A stretch of DNA of 40,503 bases, taken from the IMG/VR virus record IMGVR_UViG_3300045988_128720, one strand, 5' to 3'. Under the pieces are notes generated by a model, which was not told the origin of the DNA, ran no database searches, and was given only the letters and a program-made list of their open reading frames with translations. Shown here piece by piece: positions 1-5,221 of this stretch. Made by a program: the position numbers and the translations under genes. This DNA is from a virus. Position 1 is the stretch's first letter; each line of letters opens with the position of its first letter.

Positions 1-84
1 CCAGCCGTAGCCGCGCCGTACCGTCCAGCCGTAGCCGCGCCGCACCACCCAGCCGTAGCCGCGCCGTACCGTCCAGCCGTAGCC
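1..84. repeat. 24-nt tandem repeat array (3.5 units) that continues at the window end; nt 1-27 equal nt 40477-40503 (circular-assembly overlap)
   Basis: Units ccagccgtagccgcgccgYaccRY at 1-24, 25-48, 49-72 and 73-84. The same unit occurs at 40453-40476 and 40477-40500. The repeat is in-frame coding sequence on the minus strand. Confidence 0.95.
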
Positions 85-419
85 TGCTTTAAATCGGTGT
101 GCTCCATTGTGGTGTGTTCTTTCACATACTCGATTTGAGCTTTTACAAGATCGGTAATGCCAATTTCTGCTTTTACGGCAATCTTTTTGCCGCAGCGCTT
201 TGAATCGTTGTCTTTCTGGGCGCTTACATCGTCAAGATCAACCTCGCAATAACGGCTCATTTTGCCGGGTTCATAATATCTGAACACATCCAGCGGGCGC
301 TCACAGGCGTGGAAGCCTCTGTTGCACAGGGCTGCAGTGGGTTCCTCGTAGGTCTTGCCGATTTCGTACTGAAAATCACGGCATTTCAGGTCTTTGTCGA
401 AGCCTTTATACATTTTCAT
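1..419 (-). CDS. 5' part of a wrap-around gene. N-domain MKMYKGFDKDLKCRDFQYEIGKTYEE... followed by ATAG[RW][YC]GA octapeptide repeats; resembles phage DUF7666-type repeat proteins (from memory)
   Basis: ATG at 417-419 (minus), 9 nt after GGAGG (429-433), with an open frame to nt 1. It is absent from the ORF track. Joining 419..1 to 40476..40212 gives 684 nt, which is 227 codons plus a stop, in frame. Confidence 0.85.
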   Translation of the reverse strand, partial: MKMYKGFDKDLKCRDFQYEIGKTYEEPTAALCNRGFHACERPLDVFRYYEPGKMSRYCEVDLDDVSAQKDNDSKRCGKKIAVKAEIGITDLVKAQIEYVKEHTTMEHTDLKQATAGRYGAATAGWCGAATAGRYGAATA

Positions 420-657
420 GGCGGGATACCTCCTTAAAATACAGCCCGCACAGCAGATTCAGCGCCAGCATGGCGGCGAGAGCGGCGGGGATGTTGAGAG
501 AACCAAGCGCGGTCAGCAGCAGAACCAAATCTGCGGTGAACGCCAGCTTGACGGCGGCGCGGGTAAGTGATAGAATACAGTTAGAGCTTTTTGCGATGCT
601 CTGTTTTTTTGCCGTTCCGGTGGTGGTGCACCGGGGCGGCGTTTTTGTTTTGGTCAT
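406..657 (-). CDS. small membrane protein (83 aa, two hydrophobic helices), function unknown
   Basis: ORF track entry. GAAGGAAG lies 8 nt upstream of the ATG. Hydrophobic segments LAFTADLVLLLTALGSL and IPAALAAMLALNLLCGLYF. Overlaps the next gene by 14 nt. Confidence 0.6.
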   Translation of the reverse strand: MTKTKTPPRCTTTGTAKKQSIAKSSNCILSLTRAAVKLAFTADLVLLLTALGSLNIPAALAAMLALNLLCGLYFKEVSRHENV

Positions 658-671
658 GGTGAATACTTCCT

Positions 672-869
672 TCAGCTGATAAGGCTTGCGATTTGTTCGC
701 AGGTCATGTTGCGGATGCTGCCATAGTGCATCCAGACCCAGGAGCGGGAGCGGCCCAGGATTTTTGCAATTTTGGTGGGGCCGAAAAGCATCTCGCCGGG
801 GTAGAGCTCGGCAGCGCTGGCGCGGACGGTTGCGAGGGTGTCACGGTAGAGGGGTTTTTCACGGGGCAT
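672..869 (-). CDS. 65-aa putative DNA-binding protein (HTH-like TKIAKILGRSRSWVWMHYG; excisionase/AlpA-like guess)
   Basis: Internal ATG at 867-869 preceded by AAGGAGG. The longer track ORF (to 986) adds a low-complexity N-terminus with no RBS. Confidence 0.6.
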   Translation of the reverse strand: MPREKPLYRDTLATVRASAAELYPGEMLFGPTKIAKILGRSRSWVWMHYGSIRNMTCEQIASLIS

Positions 870-933
870 TTGCGCGCCTCCTTGTGGTTGTATCCTGCCC
901 GCTGTATAATGGTGGGCGGGAGGGGGTGAGAAG

Positions 934-1095
934 ATGGACGTTTGGAATTTGCGGAACGCTGTAAACAATTTTGCAAGCGATGCCAAAGTACGGAAAGCGG
1001 ACGGCGAACCTGTAACGGCAGGGGAGCTGAACGCGGCGATTGACGAGGCAGCAAAGCTGTTTAGAAAGCTGGTTGAACAGCTGGAAAAGAACTAG
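934..1095 (+). CDS. 53-aa helical protein on the strand opposite the early operon (not in ORF track)
   Basis: ATG 934 preceded by GGGAGGGGGTGAG. TATAAT at 905-910 with TTGTGG at 883-888. Balanced composition (MDVWNLRNAVNNFASDAKVRKADGEPVTAGELNAAIDEAAKLFRKLVEQLEKN). Its TAG shares a CTAG with the stop of the convergent gene 1092-1244. Confidence 0.45.
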   Translation: MDVWNLRNAVNNFASDAKVRKADGEPVTAGELNAAIDEAAKLFRKLVEQLEKN

Positions 1096-1244
1096 CTGTC
1101 TTTTTCGCTGTACCGAATCTCGTTGCAGATGGAGACCATCAGGGAAATGTGCTTGTCCAGCTGGTCACCATCTGCAGTTTCGCTCTTTTTGTCGAGCAGT
1201 TGCAGCTGCTTGTCAAGAAGGGCGATTCTTTCTTGTGGGGTCAT
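1092..1244 (-). CDS. 50-aa coiled-coil-like protein, unknown function
   Basis: ATG 1242-1244 preceded by AAGGAG. The rest of the track ORF 1092-1481 overlaps the Cro-like gene in another frame and looks spurious. Confidence 0.6.
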   Translation of the reverse strand: MTPQERIALLDKQLQLLDKKSETADGDQLDKHISLMVSICNEIRYSEKDS

Positions 1245-1249
1245 GGGGG

Positions 1250-1435
1250 TTACTCCTTTCTTAAAAGTTCGTCTACGGTGCAGCCGTAGAGCTTGGCCAT
1301 AAGGACGAGCGTTGCGGCGCGGGGCATGTTCTCGCCGGTTTCCCAGCGGCACACAGCCGACTGGCCAACACCGAGTTCCTTTGCTGCCTGCTGTTGGGAA
1401 AGACCTGCTTTCTGGCGGGCCTGTGCAAATGCCAT
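1250..1435 (-). CDS. XRE-family HTH regulator, Cro-like (first gene of the leftward early operon)
   Basis: MAFAQARQKAGLSQQQAAKELGVGQSAVCRWETGENMPRAATLVLMAKLYGCTVDELL is a classic HTH_3 pattern. ATG 1433-1435 follows GGGAGGTGA. Confidence 0.85.
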   Translation of the reverse strand: MAFAQARQKAGLSQQQAAKELGVGQSAVCRWETGENMPRAATLVLMAKLYGCTVDELLRKE

Positions 1436-1459
1436 AAATCTCACCTCCCGATATGAAAT

Positions 1460-1476
1460 AATGAGATAATCTCATT
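1460..1476. promoter_or_regulatory. operator palindrome AATGAGA-TAA-TCTCATT overlapping the -35 of the rightward promoter
   Basis: Perfect 7+3+7 inverted repeat. Related half-sites TCTCATT at 1584-1590 and TCTCAAT at 1615-1621 and 1624-1630. Confidence 0.7.
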
Positions 1477-1503
1477 GACAAACAAGAGAGCCAAAGTTAT
1501 AAT
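1475..1503 (+). promoter_or_regulatory. rightward consensus promoter TTGACA-17-TATAAT (towards the CI-like gene, morons and int)
   Basis: TTGACA 1475-1480, 17-nt spacer, TATAAT 1498-1503. Confidence 0.75.
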
Positions 1504-1577
1504 GAAGTTGTCAGAAATCATTGGTAAGCCGCTGAAACATGGGGCTTGGCTTTTGCTTTGCTTGTTCGTATGTTATG

Positions 1578-1606
1578 ATTATATCTCATTCTTCTCAAAC
1601 TTGCAA
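1578..1606 (-). promoter_or_regulatory. leftward near-consensus promoter TTGCAA-17-TATAAT (towards the Cro-like gene and early operon)
   Basis: On the minus strand, TTGCAA is at 1601-1606 and TATAAT at 1578-1583 with a 17-nt spacer. A TCTCATT half-site lies in the spacer. Confidence 0.7.
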
Positions 1607-1667
1607 TAGGTAAATCTCAATTTTCTCAATGTTGTAGGCTTGCACAAAATGAGGTGCTATGATTTGT

Positions 1668-1991
1668 ATGTTTTGGGACAATTTTGTACTGCTGTGTGAC
1701 CGCGCAGGGAAATCACCGAACGCAGTTGCGGCAGAAATCGGCTTTAAGTCAACTGGCACAGTAACAGGATGGAAAGACGGGAAAATCCCCTACGAAAGAA
1801 ACCTTAAGAAAATCGCCGATTATTTCGGCGTAACCGTTGACTACCTATTAAACGGAGAAAAAGAAAACCCCGCCAGCAATGCTGACGGGGTAGATGACCT
1901 TGATGTAGAAGCTTTGGACATCATGCACCAGCTTCCACCGGAGAAACGGGCGGCGGCGTTGGCGATGCTGCGAGGGCTTTTAAGTAACTGA
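1668..1991 (+). CDS. XRE-family HTH repressor candidate (CI-like), 107 aa
   Basis: MFWDNFVLLCDRAGKSPNAVAAEIGFKSTGTVTGWKDGKIPYERNLKKIADYFGVTVDYLLNGE is a typical phage repressor N-domain. GAGGTG lies 11 nt before ATG 1668; ATG 1659 has only 2-nt spacing. Confidence 0.85.
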   Translation: MFWDNFVLLCDRAGKSPNAVAAEIGFKSTGTVTGWKDGKIPYERNLKKIADYFGVTVDYLLNGEKENPASNADGVDDLDVEALDIMHQLPPEKRAAALAMLRGLLSN

Positions 1992-2058
1992 CATAGGCTG
2001 CCTTATCTGGCAGCTGATGCAGCATGGCGACGAATTCCCGGTCTGTGATTTCCTGCAT
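1921..2058 (-). CDS. 45-aa ORF convergent on, and overlapping, the 3' end of the CI-like gene (not in ORF track)
   Basis: AAGGAGAAG lies 7 nt before ATG 2056-2058. It has its own promoter at 2098-2126. Peptide MQEITDREFVAMLHQLPDKAAYVSYLKALAASPTPPPVSPVEAGA. The last 71 nt are antisense to the repressor gene. Confidence 0.4.
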   Translation of the reverse strand: MQEITDREFVAMLHQLPDKAAYVSYLKALAASPTPPPVSPVEAGA

Positions 2059-2097
2059 GGTTCTTCTCCTTTTTTAAGTAGCTGATGTTTTGATACA

Positions 2098-2126
2098 ACT
2101 ATACACAACTTGCAGTTGTATTTCAA
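2098..2126 (-). promoter_or_regulatory. leftward promoter TTGAAA-17-TATAGT with palindrome ACAACT-TGC-AGTTGT (2105-2119) filling the spacer
   Basis: On the minus strand, TTGAAA is at 2121-2126 and TATAGT at 2098-2103 with a 17-nt spacer. The inverted repeat lies entirely within the spacer. Confidence 0.65.
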
Positions 2127-2361
2127 TAGTAATCTTGCACAAAATTGGGGTTTACCTGTTGGCTGTACGGATTATTGGACGCTTTTTCTTTCTGGTTCTG
2201 CCGTGATGGACGGGCGGAGGCTCTTGCACCTTGCACATATTGCAGCTCCTTTTGTTTAAAGTGTACTACACCCACAATAGGATTTTTGTCAGAGCGTGTA
2301 AACAGCCAGAAAAGAAAATGCGATACATGACGGAATATATAAGCTTACGGGGGTGAATGGT

Positions 2362-2952
2362 ATGCCAAAGACATTAGTGTTTTGGCGAACTGATGTACAT
2401 GACGATTATGTACATACAAATCAGCACTGCCCTGAAATAGTAAATGCAAAAACTGTGCAGTGCGGATCGATTGAACAGGCACAGCACACAGGCCATGTGC
2501 GGGCGTGTCCGAAATGCTACGAAAAAGGCGAGACATGCGAACGGCTACAGCCAACGGCAAAAAGCCAGACGACGAAACCGGCAGAGACAAAAGACGATGC
2601 GAACAAGTATTTAGGTGCGGCAGTGGCGGCGCTTGCATTGCTTTGCTGTTTTGTGTGGTGGCTGAACAATACACAACATAGCAGAACCTATGGCACAACA
2701 GCGACTGCTGCGGTGAGCGAGTATAGCACAGAAACCAGAACGACAGCAACGCCGAGACCAACAGCACGGCCTACCGCAACACCGAAGCCAACGGCCGCGC
2801 CTGTAAGCGAAGACAGCTATACGGTTTATATAACGCGGACGGGGTCGAAGTATCACAGGAGCGGGTGTTCTTATTTGAAAAGCAAAATAGCGATAGAAAA
2901 GAAGGACGCAATAGCACAGGGATATACAGCTTGTAGCAGGTGTAAGCCATGA
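2362..2952 (+). CDS. membrane protein with two copies of a YH..C...C..C Cys/His motif flanking one TM helix and a Thr/Pro-rich linker (lysogeny-module moron)
   Basis: GGGGGTGA precedes ATG 2362. N-terminal motif YVHTNQHCPE...CPKCY; TM helix YLGAAVAALALLCCFVWWL; TATPRPTARPTATPKPTAAP linker; C-terminal motif SKYHRSGCSYL...YTACSRCKP. Confidence 0.7.
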   Translation: MPKTLVFWRTDVHDDYVHTNQHCPEIVNAKTVQCGSIEQAQHTGHVRACPKCYEKGETCERLQPTAKSQTTKPAETKDDANKYLGAAVAALALLCCFVWWLNNTQHSRTYGTTATAAVSEYSTETRTTATPRPTARPTATPKPTAAPVSEDSYTVYITRTGSKYHRSGCSYLKSKIAIEKKDAIAQGYTACSRCKP

Positions 2953-3278
2953 AGGAAGATAGAGTTATAACAAAAAATGAGCTTCATTCAGCCTTGTTGT
3001 CTGTTTGCATTATGGCCGTCTTCGCGATTGCGGTTTTTTACTCTATAGGAAGAGATGAGGGCTATGATAAAGGGTACGATGAAGGCTACGATGAAGGTTA
3101 CAGTGCAGGGTGCGATGAGATAGAAGACAAATATGAAGGGCACCATTACGAAAACGGTTACGAGGATGGATATGAAGACGGGATGAATGATGGAACTTAT
3201 GGCATTGATGAGCTAATGGAAAGCTACTACGAAGATGGGTATAACGATGGGTATGCGGATGCATTAGCCGGAGAATAA
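2949..3278 (+). CDS. membrane-anchored acidic protein with GYDEGY / DGYEDG repeats
   Basis: ATGA overlap with the upstream gene. TM helix LLSVCIMAVFAIAVFYSI, followed by repeated (D/E)GY(D/E) units. Confidence 0.65.
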   Translation: MKEDRVITKNELHSALLSVCIMAVFAIAVFYSIGRDEGYDKGYDEGYDEGYSAGCDEIEDKYEGHHYENGYEDGYEDGMNDGTYGIDELMESYYEDGYNDGYADALAGE

Positions 3279-3377
3279 AAAAAGCCCCTGCCGGTGGGAC
3301 GAGCACCGACAAGGGCAAAGGGTGTCAGCATTACGCTGGCATCTTTTAGTATATAGATATTTTAGGAGGGTGTCAAC

Positions 3378-4538
3378 ATGAAAAGAAATTTGACGGACGG
3401 GCTGATGCTGCGCAAAGATGGCAGATACCAGCGCAAGGAGCAAATCGGCGACAGCTGGAAAACCTTTACAGCCAGAATGCCAGCAGAAGTATGGCAAAAA
3501 ATAGAGGACGCAAAAGAAGAACAGGAAGAAAAAGAACGGAAAGAAGAAGCCACGGCGAACGCCGGGCCGCTGTTCAGCGAGATTGCGGAAGAGTATAAGC
3601 GTGTTGTCGCTGGCATGAAAAGCGGAACACAAAAAAGCTATATGCCAGCCATCAAGCGGGCCTGCGATACGTTCGGCGAATACCGCATGAAAGAAATTGA
3701 GCCGTACATGATTGCGGAGTTTTTGCGCGGGCCGGAGATGGCTGGGCGGGCTGCTACGACAGTAAGCAACCAAAAAACCGTGATAAACAACATTTACCAG
3801 TATTGGATTGACAGCCCAAAGTGGCGCGGCGATGTAAACCCGGCAGCACAAACCAAAATGCCGCGCGGATTGAGCAAGGGCAAGCGCCAGCCGCCTACAA
3901 ATGAGCAGGTAGCCGTAGTAAAAGAGCATTACCTAGACCCAGACGCGTTGCCAGCAGTGGCTTATCTGTGCACCGGTGAGCGAAAAGGGGAAATGTGCGC
4001 TATACAGTTGCGGGACATAGATTTTAAACGCAATATCATCCACATAACCAAAACCGTAGAGCACAAAGGCAATGCAGCAGTTATACGAGACTACGGAAAG
4101 ACCCCGGCGGCAATTCGGGAAGTGCCGCTTCTGTCCATGCTGAAAGAAGCACTAAAGCCGGTGCGGAAGATGCCGAAAGATACGTATATTATCGGCCTGG
4201 ATGTAAAGCCAGTAAGCAAAAGCCGATACGATCGCATGTGGCAAAAGTTTTGGAGAAAATACGGCATAGCCGAAGCAGTGCCGCGCACGAAGAAAGTTGA
4301 GCGGCGCGGCAGAGTGGACACGATCGCGTACACGGATTGGAAAGTGCCAGTATGTGGGCACCAGTTCCGGCATGAGTATGTGTGCATGCTGGCGATGGCG
4401 GAAGTGCCAGAAGAGATTGCAATACAGCTTGTAGGGCATGCAAATGCCAAGATGATACACGAGGTGTATTTATCACTAAAGCCCCAGATGATAGAGGACG
4501 CACGGAAGAAATTAGAGAGCATTTTAGCAGGGCAATAA
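3378..4538 (+). CDS. int: tyrosine recombinase / phage integrase with N-terminal arm-binding-like domain
   Basis: TAGGAGGGTG RBS. Motifs GERKGEMCAIQLRDID (R), HQFRHEYV (HxxR) and GHANAKMIHEVYLS (H...Y). N-terminus LRKDGRYQRKEQIG resembles Arm-DNA-binding domains. Confidence 0.93.
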   Translation: MKRNLTDGLMLRKDGRYQRKEQIGDSWKTFTARMPAEVWQKIEDAKEEQEEKERKEEATANAGPLFSEIAEEYKRVVAGMKSGTQKSYMPAIKRACDTFGEYRMKEIEPYMIAEFLRGPEMAGRAATTVSNQKTVINNIYQYWIDSPKWRGDVNPAAQTKMPRGLSKGKRQPPTNEQVAVVKEHYLDPDALPAVAYLCTGERKGEMCAIQLRDIDFKRNIIHITKTVEHKGNAAVIRDYGKTPAAIREVPLLSMLKEALKPVRKMPKDTYIIGLDVKPVSKSRYDRMWQKFWRKYGIAEAVPRTKKVERRGRVDTIAYTDWKVPVCGHQFRHEYVCMLAMAEVPEEIAIQLVGHANAKMIHEVYLSLKPQMIEDARKKLESILAGQ

Positions 4539-4553
4539 ATGGGACTGAAAAAG

Positions 4554-4701
4554 TGGCATAAAAAGTGCAGTCCGATTTAACGGGATTTGCTATAAGTTTT
4601 AAATTCGAGTTTGGTGCAGCGCTGGTGCATATTCACTTTTTATGACGATATATCGACATTGAAATAGAGTTCGACTCTCGCCACTCGGACTTTTTATGCA
4701 C
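4554..4701. other. candidate attP core region: imperfect inverted repeat (4554-4575 / 4685-4701) enclosing a 10-bp palindrome CGATATATCG (4646-4655) and a tRNA 3'-end-like segment GAGTTCGACTCTCGCCACTCGGAC (4667-4690)
   Basis: It sits directly after int. G-TTCGACT-C matches a T-loop signature. (G)GTGCA motifs in 11-bp pairs at 4553/4564 and 4613/4624, with an inverted copy at 4697-4702. Confidence 0.4.
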
Positions 4702-4721
4702 CGGGCGTTGAATCGCAGAAA

Positions 4722-4753
4722 AACCGCTTAGCCGCGTAGCTAAGCGGTTTTTT
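4722..4753. terminator. intrinsic terminator after int (bidirectional shape)
   Basis: 11-bp stem AACCGCTTAGC / GCTAAGCGGTT with a 6-nt loop, then a T-run. An A-run lies upstream. Confidence 0.8.
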
Positions 4754-4800
4754 CTTTGTTTATGCGCGCTTTAAAACGTTCAAAAATGTATATTATGCGT

Positions 4801-4926
4801 GGTGCAATCATGGTGCATACACGATATACAGCCCTGTTTATGGGGATTTTGGTGCGCTTATGGTGCAAATTTGGTGCAGATTTGGTGCAGATTTGGTGCA
4901 GAAAATCACGGTGCAAACATGGTGCA
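4801..4926. repeat. array of 9 (T)GGTGCA motifs, mostly in 11-bp phase (core unit TTTGGTGCAGA x3)
   Basis: GGTGCA starts at 4801, 4812, 4851 (GGTGCG), 4862, 4873, 4884, 4895, 4910 and 4921. The array lies between two terminators. The track ORF 4756-5100 across it is implausible. Confidence 0.9.
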
Positions 4927-4933
4927 AAAAAAG

Positions 4934-4961
4934 AAAGCCGCTTTTTTGGGGCGGCTTTTTT
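4934..4961. terminator. bidirectional intrinsic terminator ending the minus-strand accessory block
   Basis: Stem AAAGCCGC / GCGGCTTT with T-runs on both strands. Confidence 0.7.
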
Positions 4962-4962
4962 G

Positions 4963-5139
4963 TTATTCGTAGATTTCATTGAACCATGCGGGGCCGTAGC
5001 GGTAAGAGATCACATAGCCGGGGCGGCCTTGCGCGTCTGTAGAGGGGCCGACGAGCTGCGCGGCCAACATGGTGACGTGGCAGCCAGCGGCAAAGGATAG
5101 CGCAGCGGCGATAATGATGGCAGCAATTGTTTTTTTCAT
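4963..5139 (-). CDS. 58-aa lipoprotein (not in ORF track)
   Basis: GGAGG lies 9 nt before ATG 5137-5139. MKKTIAAIIIAAALSFAAGC is a signal peptide with a lipobox (L-S-F-A-A-G-C). 177 nt including the stop. Confidence 0.75.
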   Translation of the reverse strand: MKKTIAAIIIAAALSFAAGCHVTMLAAQLVGPSTDAQGRPGYVISYRYGPAWFNEIYE

Positions 5140-5221
5140 GGTGTTTAGTCCTCCTTGTTGGCTCTGCGAATGATCTCGGCCAGGATTTTGTGACGGTTGG
5201 CAGGGGCGGCGGAGGTCATTT

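Noticed and set aside
1-84. CRISPR array interpretation of the 24-nt repeats, and of the GGTGCA array at 4801-4926
   Set aside because: The repeats are directly tandem with no unique spacers. The first array is in-frame coding sequence. There are no cas genes.
2105-2119. LexA (Cheo-box-like) site in the antisense promoter
   Set aside because: The palindrome reads AAC-N5-GTT rather than GAAC-N4-GTTC, so both spacing and outer bases differ. SOS control cannot be claimed.
4756-5100. 114-aa plus-strand ORF across the GGTGCA array
   Set aside because: It reads through a repeat array and a bidirectional terminator, and it overlaps the lipoprotein gene on the other strand. The repetitive WC/GA peptide is an artefact of the DNA repeat.
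5140-5219. 23-aa minus-strand ORF between the DUF3560-like gene and the lipoprotein gene
   Set aside because: No RBS. It is too short, and its sequence is dominated by the lipoprotein RBS region.
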